Shown in pieces: positions 38,015 to 50,045 of a DNA stretch of 64,000 nucleotides. Source of the DNA: Macrostomum lignano. Lineage: Eukaryota. The translations under genes and the position numbers were made by a program. Below the pieces are notes generated by a model. The model was not told the DNA's origin. It worked only from the letters and a program-made list of their open reading frames with translations, and ran no database searches. Position 1 is the first letter of the stretch, and every line of letters begins with the position of its first letter. The stretch is from assembly GCA_002269645.1 (NCBI GenBank), contig NIVC01000270.1:62001-126000 (forward strand), read 5' to 3'.

Positions 38015-41000
38015 ATGGCTGTTTCAGGCGGACTACTTTGTGGAGCTGCGGTGGTAACGCTGCTGTGTCTGCTGAATGGAGCGGAGGCTGGCGACCCGGT
38101 CCAGTGGGGCTACGACAAAGGAGACGGGCCGTCGGCCTGGCCGGACCTGTACAAGCGCTGGTGCTCCGGCAGGAAGCAGTCGCCGATTAAGCTGACAACA
38201 GCCCAGTCTGTTTACGATCCGTCGCTTGACACTTATACGATTAGCGAGCCGGCTTATGCCGGGAAACAGTACAAAATTCTCAACGATGGGCACAAAGGTA
38301 TTTTAATTTTTTTTCTTCTCATTGATGTTTCCTTGTAAAATAAACATTTTTTTAATTATTCTTTTGTCAGTATTGTATCATTCCCCGCCTTTAAGGTATA
38401 AACAACAGAGGATTCCCCGTATAGAGGGTATTCTCATTAGGGGATTCCCCTTATAGAGGGTATCCGCATTAGGGGATTCCCCGTCTATAGGGTATCATCA
38501 GGGATTCCCCGTATATAGGGTATCATCAAAAAGGGATTCCCGTATATAGGGTATCATCAAAAATGGATTTCCGAATATAGGGTATCATCATTAGGGGATT
38601 CCCCGTCTGTAGGGTATCATCATGAGGGGATTCCCCGTTTGTAGGGTATCCTCATTTGGGGATTCCCCGTCTATAGGGTATCATCATTAGGGAGTTCCCC
38701 GTCTATAGGGAGATTATCATCATGAGGGATTCCCCCGTCTGCAGGGTATCATTATGAAGGGATTCCCTTCTATAGGGTATCATATTTGGGGATTCCCCGT
38801 CTATAGGGTATCCATTGTAAATTGTAAATTGCAGCCATTGTAAATTGATAAGTCTGACGCAAAGTAATTCATAAATCCGGTATCTCCCACCCCAGTGCTG
38901 GTTGATTTCCAGAATATGCGAGTGAACCTCAGCCTCAACCGGCACGAGCGCGAGTGCTTCAGGCCGCATCACGTGCACTGGCACTGGGGCGACAAGAATT
39001 CTATCGGCTCCGAGCACTGGCTGGAGGGCAAGCAGTACCCGCTTGAGGTTTGAAACTAATCTGCACTGAAAATCTGTATTCGTTAATTAATTTGCAATAT
39101 TACTTTCTGCTTTAATTTAATACATTTCTTCTTACTTGACTTCTAGAGCTTAACTATAATAGACTATCTATAGACAGTGAAAGCTCAGGCCATAGACAGT
39201 GAAAGCTCAGGCCATAGACAGTGAAAGCTCAGGCCATAGACAGTGAAAGTTCAGGCCATAGACAGTGAAACAGTGAAAGCGCAGACCATAGACAGCGAAA
39301 GTTCAGGCCATAGACAGTGAAACAGTGAAAGCGCAGACCATAGACAGCGAAAGTTCAGGCCATAGACAGTGAAACAGTGAAAGCGCAGACCATAGACAGT
39401 GAAAGTTCAAACCATAGACAGTGAAACAGTGAAAGCGCAGACCATAGACAGTGAAAGCTCAGGCCATAGACAGGAAAAGCTCAAGCCATAGACAGCAAAA
39501 GCTCAGGCCATAGACAGTGAAAGCTCAGGCCATAGACAGTGAAAGCTAGGGCCATAGACAGGAAAAGCTCAAGCCATAGACAGTGAAACCTCAGGCCATA
39601 GGCAGTAGGCTTTTAGAAAATTCACTTTCACAATCGTTGGGCCTCATTGCCAATAGTTGAAATGCTTGAGTAAATATTCGAGCTTCAAAAATAGACTTAA
39701 CAAAATATGTCAAGTTACGAGTAGCCAATTCAAACTCGAAAACAATTTCTACTTGTATCCAGGGTCACATCGTGATGTGGGACTGCCGATTCTGGGACTC
39801 GTTCGCAGAGGCCGCTCATGGAATCGATGGACTGGCCGTTCTGGGTGTGTTCTATGAGGTAATTATGAGTATTAATACTGAAGCATTGTGACAATAAAAT
39901 ATGGCACAATAGTTCAAATAAATAGTTGAATAGAGAAGCCGAAAAATCATAGCTTGCATAGCTCATACTTGCATAGCTTAATCATATTTGGCAACAAGTC
40001 GAAAATGCTACTACGAGTAGTTAAAAAATGTTAGTAAGTAATAGTTAAGCATTTGTGAGAAAGAATCAATGAATTCATAAAATAATTTGACTAAAAGATT
40101 TGCCTATTGCATGTTGCCATGTCTCTACTGAATGTCTATTGAATGTCTATCGAATGTTACAAGGGCTCTATTGAATGTTTTGATGTCTCACATTTTCGCA
40201 CCGTAACAGATCGACAACAGCGTGCAGCTGAGCCCCGACCGCGGCATCGGCGAGATCATAAGCTACTTCGACCGGCCGCAGGTGTCCAGCTGCGACCAAT
40301 GCGTGAACAAAGACTACAATAATCCGGGAGTCAACTTGCCCGCCTTCAGCATCAAAGAGCTACTGCCGAAGGATATGTCCAGCTATTTTGTGTACTACGG
40401 CTCGCTGACCACCCCGGACTGTCGGGAGAATGTCATGTGGACCGTGTTCCGCGAGCCAATCAAGATTCCGCAGAGTGCGGTGAGTGTACACAGTTGAGGG
40501 CGGTGAGTGTACACAGTTGAGGGCGGTGAGTGTACACAGTTGAGGGCGGTGAGTGTACACAGTTGAGGGCGGTGAGTGTACACAGTTGAGGGCGGTGAGT
40601 GTACACAGTTGAGGGCGGTGAGTGTACACCAGGCTAAGGGCGGTGAGTGTACACAGTTGAGGGCGGTGAGTGTACACAGTTGAGGGCGGTGAGTGTACAC
40701 AGCTGAGGGCGGCGAGTGTACACAGTTGAGGGCGGCGAGTGTACAAAGTTGAGGGCGGTGAGTGTACACAGCTGAGGGCGGTGAGTGTACACAGTTGAGG
40801 GCGGCGAGTGTACACAGTTGAGGGCGGCGAGTGTACACAGTTGAGGGCGGTGAGTGTACACAGCTGAGGGCGGTGAGTGTACACAGTTGAGGGCGGTGAG
40901 TGTACACAGTTGAGGGCGGTGAGTGTACACAGTTGAGGGCGGTGAGTGTACACAGTTGAGGGCGGTGAGTGTACACAGTTGAGGGCGGTGAGTGTACACA

Positions 41001-42260
41001 GTTGAGGGCGGTGAGTGTACACCAGGCTAAGGGCGGTGAGTGTACACAGTTGAGGGCGGTGAGTGTACACAGTTGAGGGCGGTGAGTGTACACAGCTGAG
41101 GGCGGCGAGTGTACACAGTTGAGGGCGGCGAGTGTACAAAGTTGAGGGCGGTGAGTGTACACAGCTGAGGGCGGTGAGTGTACACAGCTGAGGGCGGCGA
41201 GTGTACACAGTTGAGGGCGGCGAGTGTACAAAGTTGAGGGCGGTGAGTGTACACAGCTGAGGGCGGTGAGTGTACACAGTTGAGGGCGGCGAGTGTACAC
41301 AGTTGAGGGCGGCGAGTGTACACAGTTGAGGGCGGTGAGTGTACACAGCTGAGGGCGGTGAGTGTACACAGTTGAGGGCGGTGAGTGTACACAGTTGAGG
41401 GCGGTGAGTGTACACAGTTGAGGGCGGTGAGTGTACACAGTTGAGGGCGGTGAGTGTACACAGTTGAGGGCGGTGAGTGTACACAGTTGAGGGCGGTGAG
41501 TGTACACCAGGCTAAGGGCGGTGAGTGTACACAGTTGAGGGCGGTGAGTGTACACAGTTGAGGGCGGTGAGTGTACACAGCTGAGGGCGGCGAGTGTACA
41601 CAGTTGAGGGCGGCGAGTGTACAAAGTTGAGGGCGGTGAGTGTACACAGCTGAGGGCGGTGAGTGTACACAGTTGAGGGCGGCGAGTGTACACAGTTGAG
41701 GGCGGCGAGTGTACACAGTTGAGGGCGGTGAGTGTACACAGCTGAGGGCGGTGAGTGTACACAGTTGAGGGCGGCGAGTGTACACAGTTGAGGGCGGCGA
41801 GTGTACACAGTTGAGGGCGGTGAGTGTACACCGCAAGCAGGCACACTCACATAAGGTGTACATCGGCCCTGGATTTCTTTTCGATTTCGAAAATTTTCGA
41901 AAGTGAATGTACACTCTCTCCGCGCCTTGAGGGGGGAGCTCGGAAAACAAGCCTTTGGGGCCATACAAGAGCCTCCAATTAATGTACTCGCACGCGGATT
42001 CGAACCCCCAGATGGACAAATTCCGCAACCTGTCGATGCCGAAGAACAGCACCACCGGCCTGCGCCGCCCAATGGTGAACAACTTCCGCGGCCCAATGCC
42101 GCTCAATCCAGCCGATCCGATTGGCGCCCGGCGCCAGCTGTCGCGCTCCTTCGGCAGCGATGTTGGCGCCGCGATGGCCGTCTGCGCGCCGGACAAGCGA
42201 CTCCTGGTGCTCGCGGCCAGCTTGCTGGCAGTGGCCGGGCTGGCCGCCTGCCGGGGCTAA
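38015..42260 (+). CDS. Alpha-carbonic anhydrase with signal peptide, probably GPI-anchored (CA4-like), 349 aa; exons 38015-38297, 38896-39047, 39763-39858, 40210-40479, 42012-42260
   Basis: Signal peptide; WGY, QSPI, NDGH, HWHWG (two Zn ligands), GSEH, LE-GH (third Zn ligand), YYGSLTTPDC, VNNFR; hydrophobic C-terminal tail. GT-AG introns, 1050 nt in frame. Confidence 0.93.
38405..38812. repeat. ~31-bp degenerate array with dyad GGGGATTCCCC in CA intron 1
   Basis: About 10 recurrences of GGG(G)ATTCCC(C) with TATAGGGTATC. Confidence 0.85.
39165..39605. repeat. 22-bp minisatellite CATAGACAGTGAAAGCTCAGGC in CA intron 2
   Basis: Direct tandem repetition. Confidence 0.93.
40477..41830. repeat. 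23-bp minisatellite GCG-GTGAGTGTACACAGTTGAGG starting at the CA exon 4 donor
   Basis: About 59 units; first unit includes the last codon of exon 4. Confidence 0.97.
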
Positions 42261-42499
42261 AGTGCCGGCCGGCTATGACCAGAGAGAGGCACGGGACTCG
42301 GGTGTATTATTGGGACTCTCCTCTCTTGAACCCGCAGCTGCGTACTGAGCATTACAATCTTCAATCCTGTTAAACCATGATATGCTTGTATCAATGTGAT
42401 GTGGAACCCCTTGATTAGCTATGTAATTATAACCGGATCAGCAGGTACAATTATGACTCATAATTAATGTACACTTTGGATCGTCAACATGCACTGTAC

Positions 42500-43470
42500 A
42501 TGCAATTAGGACCCAATTCTGTACAATTAGGACCCAATCCTGTACAACTAAGATTCAACCCTGTACAATTAGGACCCAATCCTGTACAATTAGGACCCAA
42601 TCCTGTACAATTAGGACCCAATTCTGTACAATTAGGACCCAATCCTGTACAACTAGGATTCAACCCTGTACAATTAGGACCCATCCTGTACAATTAGGAC
42701 CCATCCTGTGCAATTAAGACCCAATCCTGTACAATTAGGACTCAATCTTGTACAATTAGAACCCAATCCTTACAATTAGGACCCAATCCTTACAATTAGG
42801 ACCCAATCCTGTACAACTAGGACCCAATCCTGTACAACTAGGATCCAATCCTGTACAATAAGGACCCAAATCCTGTACAACTAGGATCCAATCCTGTACA
42901 ACTAGGATCCAATCCTGTGCAATTAGGACCCAATCCTGTCCTTACAGGACCCAATCCTGTCCTTACAGGACCCAATCCTGTACAATTAGGACCCAATCTT
43001 GTATAATTAGAACCCAATCCTTACAATTAGGACCCAATCCTGTACAACTAGGACCTAATCCTGTACAATCAGGACCCAATCTTGTATAATTAGAACCCAA
43101 TCCTTACAATTAGGACCCAATCCTGTACAACTAGGACCCAATCCTGTACAATCAGGACCCAATCCTGTACAACTAGGATCCTTACAGGATCCAATATCCT
43201 GTACAATTAGGACCCAATCCTGTACAATTAGGACCCAATCCTGTACAATTAGGACCCAATCTTGTATAATTAGAACCCAATCCTTACAATTAGGACCCAA
43301 TCCTGTACAACTGGACCTAATCCTGTACAATCAGGACCCAATCCTGTACAACTAGAATCCAATCCTGTACAATGAGGACTCAAATCCTGTACAACTAGGA
43401 TCCAATCCTGTACAATCAGGACCCAATCCTGTACAACTAGAACCCAATCCTGTACAATTAGAACCCAATC
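42500..43470. repeat. 21-bp minisatellite AGGACCCAATCCTGTACAATT
   Basis: Direct tandem repetition downstream of the CA stop. Confidence 0.95.
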
Positions 43471-43600
43471 CGGTTTAAAGTTGGAATATAATTCAATACC
43501 AAACTCAGTCTTGAACAAGCAGATCGAGCCATATGATCCTAGTCATCTACTGTAGGAGCATGTACAACTGAATTAGAATGAGAGTACACTCAGAAGTACA

Positions 43601-43764
43601 CTTAGAAATGAGCCGGAGGCCGCGGTAAGGAACGTACGTGTACATTTGTGTACAATCGAATTTTTCTCAACCGATATTGTCTATGGCGAAACCTCATGCT
43701 ATGTGTATGTAATTGATACGACAAATATCTGTTCGATCCTTACCGTTCCCAGCTCATTTCTAAG
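43601..43764. mobile_element. Small fold-back / MITE-like element
   Basis: CTTAGAAATGAGC...CGGTAAGG at 43601-43630 is an imperfect inverted copy of CCTTACCG...GCTCATTTCTAAG at 43738-43764; no TSD seen. Confidence 0.35.
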
Positions 43765-44569
43765 AAAATCAAACGTAGCGTCATTCTGCTTCAGTTGTGC
43801 ATCTGTATGAGCTGGCAGTGGAACCCTATTTAGTATGTACAATTGAAGCTACTGCTATAAACGTAAAATTTTAGTTAAAGAACTAAATATTACTAGCAAA
43901 ATTAAAACAAGAAATTATGCTAAAACTTTTTCGTTAAAATTTGAAAAAAATTGTGTTGTCTTTTATAGCTTTTCTCTAAATGAAATGTTTATGATGATTA
44001 AAAATATTAATTAATATTTTAATTATTTAATTATATCACAATGTTACGCTTAACGATATTTTATTATAACATTCTATCCTTTATCATTAGCATGCTTGTT
44101 AACATTAATATTCCCACTCCACGAATTCTAATCAATGATTTACTTACTTTTTTATTTGTTTTTTAATTTGAATATTAATAGTCAATTTAGCCACTATTAG
44201 TAGAACACAAACAAAATATCAAATTGAAATAAAAGACAATCAAAACAGACAACAATGACGTGATTTTTCCACTTTTTCAATTGCTTTTCACCGAATTAGC
44301 TCTTTTGAAATGCTGGAGCCGTAATAGTTGTTCTATTTTTGTTTAATATGTAAAGACGGTTCTTTGCGATTGCTTTAAAAGAAATTAATAAAACTTCGTT
44401 TAAATTATTTGTGTCGAAATCACTGCAGCAATAATGAGAGTGAGGCTTGAATATATAATCGATTTATAAACAATTTGGATGATCAGGAGAAATATTTCCT
44501 AGTTTTAATTAATTGTATTTTCAGGCGATACTGAAATCGCTGACAGCTGATTTTCAATTTTGCTCTTTG

Positions 44570-45335
44570 CTCGAGACTGAGGGGTGGGGGTTGTGCCAGC
44601 CACTGCGAGACTGAGGGGTGGGGTTTATGCCAGCCACTGCGAGACTAAGGGGTGGGGTTGTGCCAGCCACTGCGGGACTGAGGGGTGGGGTTTGTGCCAG
44701 CCACTGCGGGACTGAGGGGTGGGGTTTGTGCCAGCCACTGCGGGACTGAGGGGTGCGGTTTGTGCCAGCCACTGCGGGACTGCCAGCCAGGGGTGAGGGG
44801 TGCGGTTTGTGCCAGCCACTGCGGGACTGAGGGGTGGGGGTTGTGCCAGCCACTGCGGGACTGAGGGGTGGGGTTTGTGCCAGCCACTGCGGGACTGAGG
44901 GGTGGGGTTTGTGCCAGCCACTGCGGGACTGAGGGTGTGGGTTGTGCCAGCCACTGCGGGACTGAGGGGTGGGGTTTGTGCCAGCCACTGCGGGACTGAG
45001 GGGTGTGGGTTGTGCCAGCCACTGCGGGACTGAGGGGTGGGGGTTGTGCCAGCCACTGCGGGACTGAGGGGTGGGGTTGTGCCGGCCACTGCGGGACTGA
45101 GGGGTGGGGGTTGTGCCAGCCACTGCGGGACTGAGGGGTGTGGGTTGTTCTAGCCACTGCGGGACTGAGGGGTGGGGGTTGTGCCAGCCACTGCGGGACT
45201 GAGGGGTGGGGGTTGTGCCAGCCACTGCGGGACTGAGGGGTGGGGATTGTGCCAGCCTCTGCGGGACTGAGGGGTGGGGTTGTGCCGGCTACTGCGGGAC
45301 TGAGGGGTGGGGTTGTGCCGGCTACTGCGGGACTG
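44570..45335. repeat. G-rich 34-bp minisatellite GGGACTGAGGGGTGGGGTTTGTGCCAGCCACTGC
   Basis: Direct tandem repetition; several G-runs per unit (G-quadruplex potential). Confidence 0.95.
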
Positions 45336-46404
45336 ATAGTGCTATAATAGCTAGGACATTCGGCAGATCCGCCAAGCCAGCTGCAGAAAATCAGATAGCT
45401 TAGAGGCCTGTGTTTAGAACACAAGAGGCTAGTTTATCTTAACAGTGTCACCTATAGTATAGCAGTTTAAAAATCAAAGTAACTAACACATATATTAAAC
45501 AGGATTGCGAATTCAATGCTAGGCCTAGCCCATGCCAAAAGTCACTTTTTAACAGGCTTTTCAAAACACGAGAGACGAGGGTATTTTGTGTTTTGTTAAA
45601 AATAAAAACATTGATTAAACCAATGCTACTCACTTGATTCAGACTCGATAGTAGTATACAAGTAAAAATTCGCCTAAAATTAATATTGTTTTAGATAAAA
45701 TCATTTCGATAAAAAGAGACTATTATTGAACCAAAATACGCGAGAACAAAATGAGAACAGACGCAGAATGAACATGACGCTTGGGCCCTCCCATTCACTT
45801 AGCTACTGGTTGGCGGCCGCAAAGCCAAGTCTTGTGCCATCCGCTAATTGGTTTATTATTAGATTGTCACTAATAATTCCTCATGCATATGTTGGCTTAA
45901 CGGCCGCCAGATCAAACTCTGGGCTCTGCTGGCTGGGCATGGAGACATAAAAAACACAAACAAATGGCAAACAAATGTTTGGGGTCAAGTAAAAACACAC
46001 ATTATAACTAAACTGCTTGTACAGCAAAATATTTTTTTGCTTTTTTAAAAACGAAAAAAAACGAGTGAACACTGGCTGACTGCTCAGGTGTGTGTTAAGT
46101 CTTTTGCTAAATAAATAAATATTATTATATAACATATATATGTATGTATGCATATGAAAATGACCACGACAATTATGAACAAGTTGGTAAACAATAAAAC
46201 TATATATGTATATATCATATTTGAAAATATAAGTGTCGGTATAATATATATATAAATATGCCTATGCACTCATGTAAAAACAGATATAAGGTTTTTTGGT
46301 AAATCAGAGAGTGGCGCTGCGAGTTTAACGGACTATCAACTGATCGCCTGGGAAGTTCAACTTTATTAGTCTGGAGAATTATAGTTCCATTTCCGAGAAA
46401 TTTC

Positions 46405-46680
46405 AGTCCAACTTCCGGTGGGAATTCTAGTCCAACTTCCGGTGGGAATTCTAGCCCAACTTCCGGTAGGAATTCTAGTCCAACTTTCGGTGGGAACTCT
46501 AGACCAACTTCCGGTGGGAATTCTAGACCAACTTTCGGTGGGAATTCTAGACCAACTTCCGGTGGGATTCTAGACCAACTTCCGGTGGGAATTCTAGACC
46601 AACTTTCGGTGGGAATTCTAGACCAACTTCCGGTGGGATTCTAGTCCAACTTCCGGTGGGAATTTCTACTCAACTTCTGG
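46405..46680. repeat. 24-bp minisatellite TCCAACTTCCGGTGGGAATTCTAG
   Basis: About 11 units; most contain ACTTCCGG. Confidence 0.92.
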
Positions 46681-47519
46681 AAGATATTTCCTACAAACTA
46701 TTAAAAGGATTTTCATCCCAACTTCCGGATGAGTTCCGGCGGCATTTCAAATCGTTAAACTCGCGCCCGATACAAATAGAAAGATCTTAAAAACACCTGT
46801 AAATTCACAGAAACGAAAAACATAATACGCGTGTAGCGTTCTTTATAGAAAAAAACACGTCAGCGGCAACAACAAGTAAAAAAGAAATACACAATTAAGT
46901 AAAGTTGCAAAAAACGGTCGAAAACGCCAAATATGAAGCAAAGATCACACGCGCCTGGCACGACATGACGGGAGAGAAAAACCGAGTGAAACAAAAGTCT
47001 TGGATCAGATTTGGGGGTGGCGGCTGGCTCCGTACACTGAGCCACTGTGCTAAGTGCTAAGATCTGCAACTATTTATAAAAGAAACAAGATGGCGCGCCG
47101 CGTTGCCATGGCTTGAACCAAGCCAACTCCGCTCTCCTACGAATTAATAAGTACATAAAGACAGAATCGGTATTGCAAAAAAAAACACTTGAAACTTGTG
47201 ATGATTTCAAACATCGGGGATTCTCTTATTAGTGCGCAATTGTTCAATAAGTGCTTCTCTCTTCTCAGTCAAGTTGCATAGTTACAAATTTTATAAGTTG
47301 CAATAACTAAAGGTTAGTAAATGTGTGCCAGCCGTGTAAACTGCCCAAGCGGCTGTTGGTGGCAGCGCGGAGGCAAGCCTTTGATACTGCGATATTTAAA
47401 GAAAACGACGCACACCTTTTGGGGCCACCGGGATTACACCTGCTAATTTGTTGTGGCCTGTGGGCCAAGTTTCTGCTTTGACTGGATCGAAAATGCGCTA
47501 ATTGCCTGGGTACGCTCGT

Positions 47520-47820
47520 AGAGGGAATGTATACCTTGCCCCCAAAGAGCACCCACGCCGGACTAGATGCTAGATAGCAGGAATGTACATTGCCCCCCAC
47601 AGAGCACCCACCTCACGCCGGACTAGATGCTAGATAGTGGGAATGTACATTGCCCCCCACAGAGCACCCACCTCACGCCGGACTAGATGCTAGATAGCGG
47701 GAATGTACATTGCCCCCCACAGAGCACCCACCTCACGCCGGACTAGATGCTAGATAGCGGGAATGTAAATTGCCCCCACAGAGCAACAACCTCATGCCCG
47801 ACTAGATGCTAGATAAAGGG
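47520..47820. repeat. 60-bp tandem repeat, ~4-5 copies
   Basis: GGAATGTACATTGCCCCCCACAGAGCACCCACCTCACGCCGGACTAGATGCTAGATAG recurs every 60 nt. Confidence 0.93.
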
Positions 47821-48059
47821 AGTGCACATTTTCCCATTTCCCGCTACAGCGCACAACCTACCAGCTAACCCACTCGCTAATTGGGTGGGTCTTATAAGCA
47901 GTACAGAGAAAGGAGTGCGTCGGGCCTAATTCGCATTGCATGCACCGCGCGCCACCCAGAGAGCTGCTAGAGGTGCAGGGCTCGAACTGTGCAGTTTCTA
48001 TTGATGAGGCCTCGATGCTTAACTGGCCAGCTTCTCAGTAGCGGGGCACAGCGGCAACG

Positions 48060-48135
48060 TGACCGGCAACTGAAAATGGATTAGTCGGTTGGGGCGGATT
48101 TAGGATTCGAACTCGCAACCTCATTGATCTGGCCA
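48060..48135 (-). mobile_element. Possible tRNA-derived SINE fragment
   Basis: Minus strand GAGGTTGCGAGTTCGAATCCT resembles a tRNA 3' half/B box; no A box or full cloverleaf. Confidence 0.3.
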
Positions 48136-49465
48136 TAAAAATACTATAAACCCTAAAAAGTGATCTTGGCTATCAAAATAAAAATCAAATTGATTGCCTC
48201 CGGTCCTGAAGAGGCCTGTGAATCAGCCATGGGGCAAGGGGGGCGAGGCCGGAAAAGGGGATTTGCGCGCCGTCGGGAAGAATACAGAGGGGAAATTTTC
48301 CCACCAAGAAGCAACTGACTGCCAAGTCTCTGCCATCATCCCCTATTCCCGACCCCTTCGCTGGGGATACGGGGTCAAAGCCCGCCCCCTACCGGGGTCG
48401 CAGCCACACCCGCGCGGAGCCGTCAATCCCCAATCCCAAAACGGGCCAAAAGCGATTCAAGAATTCGTGTGTACGGAAGAGAAATTTCGGGGCCTAGCTA
48501 AGCAGGGAACTATGGCGGAAGTTTAGAATAAGGGAAATACAGAAACAGGAGAAGCGAAATTAATGGCAATAAAAATACGAGAGCTAAGAGGGTGGGGAAG
48601 GGGTGGATATACCTGGCGAATCTCTATCTTTCTCTCTCTGTTTTTGAATAGCGGAAGACACCAACCCAATGCAAATTCTATATATATTTATACACAATAT
48701 ATACTTGATGCCTTCAAAATGGAAATCTAGGGGGCTGCGGCTCGACGAGGCTTCAAGGATTGCAAGATCCCAGTTTGGGATAAGCAATAGCTAAGGCCCC
48801 GGGGTCTCTAAGTCAAGAATTGGAGGAGGGAGAAGAGAGTTATGCAACCACTATGAGAGTGGGGGGAGGCCGCCTTCCCTACCAGCAGCAAACTAATTAG
48901 ATTTCTGGTCCCAGTCTCGTTGCCTCCCAAACTGTCTGCAGCGCCATTGCTAACCCCTGTCCCGGCGTGCATCCTTCAAGATCCCGTTCTGTCTTTCCTC
49001 ACTCCCAGCTCTCTCTCTCTATCTGGCTTACTTATAATATACTATTCTCTAAACGGGGCGCGAGACCCGATACCAGCCAAACTGATCCGATACACCCTAG
49101 CGCCAGTATTTTCTGCATACATACACACAGACAGACAGGCAGACGCACAGAGCAAGAGATTGGGCGAATAGCACTGCTATAAATTATCGTCATTGTGCGC
49201 TCAAAATCGATGGATTTCTTTAGGAGGCGGGGAGGGGGCGATGGGAATTAGGGAGTTAGGGAAATCTGGGAGTTCTCTTTCCTAACTTGACTTCTTCAAT
49301 CTGTTGTAGAGGGGGTCATCCTCGGTAAGTAAGTGGGTGGAGGACGGTATTTTGCATATGCATTGCCATCTGTGTTATTCAGTGTGCGACTGAAGCAGCT
49401 TGCTTGAGTAACTTTATAAACTTTAGAATGCGGACAGTCGGTCTGTCTTTGTCTTAGTAGTGTCA

Positions 49466-49660
49466 GGGGCAGAGCAGCTTAGCGGTAAAGCCGAACTCTC
49501 GCTCCACGACCTGTGGTTCGATTCTATGCAAGACCACATTCATTTGGGGCTGCTTCTTCACGGTGGACTGTCGTGCGATTCATACCTATGAGAGCCAGCC
49601 CCAAGGCTCAGAAAGTGTACATGCCTGACGATTAGAAAGGGTGCCTGCAAACCTCGTGCG
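49466..49660 (+). mobile_element. tRNA-derived SINE-like element
   Basis: A-box-like AGCTTAGCGGTAAAG (49477-49490) and B-box GGTTCGATTC (49515-49524) at tRNA-like spacing, followed by a non-tRNA body; does not fold into a clean tRNA. End approximate. Confidence 0.55.
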
Positions 49661-49779
49661 AGAAAATAGTTTGTCTTAGCGTCAGTCTGTCAATCTGTCT
49701 GCCCGGCTGTTATAGTTTTGTCCATCCGTCTGTCTCTTGTCTGTCTGCCTGCATCTGCTTGTCTGTGTGTCGGTACGTC

Positions 49780-50045
49780 CGCCAGTCTGTCTGATTGTGT
49801 CCTAGTGTCGGTCCGTCCGCCAGTTTGATTGTGTCCTAGTGTCGGTCCGTCCGCCAGTTTGATTGTGTCCTAGTGTCGGTCCGTCCGTCCGTCCGCCAGT
49901 CTGTCTGATTGTATCCTAGTGTCGGTCTGTCCGTCCGCCAGTCTGTCTAATTGTGTCCTAGTGTCGGTCCGTCCGTCCGCCAGTCTGTCTAATTGTGTCC
50001 TAGTGTCGGTCCGTCCGCCAGTCTGTCTAATTGTGTCGGTCCGTC
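49780..50045. repeat. ~35-42 bp repeat GTGTCCTAGTGTCGGTCCGTCCGCCAGTCTGTCT
   Basis: Direct tandem repetition. Confidence 0.85.

Noticed and set aside
44350-44372. GTAAAGACGGTTCTTTGCGA, resembling my recollection of a flatworm spliced-leader 5' end
   Set aside because: Only ~11 nt contiguous match, no following donor or Sm site, and the reference is from memory.
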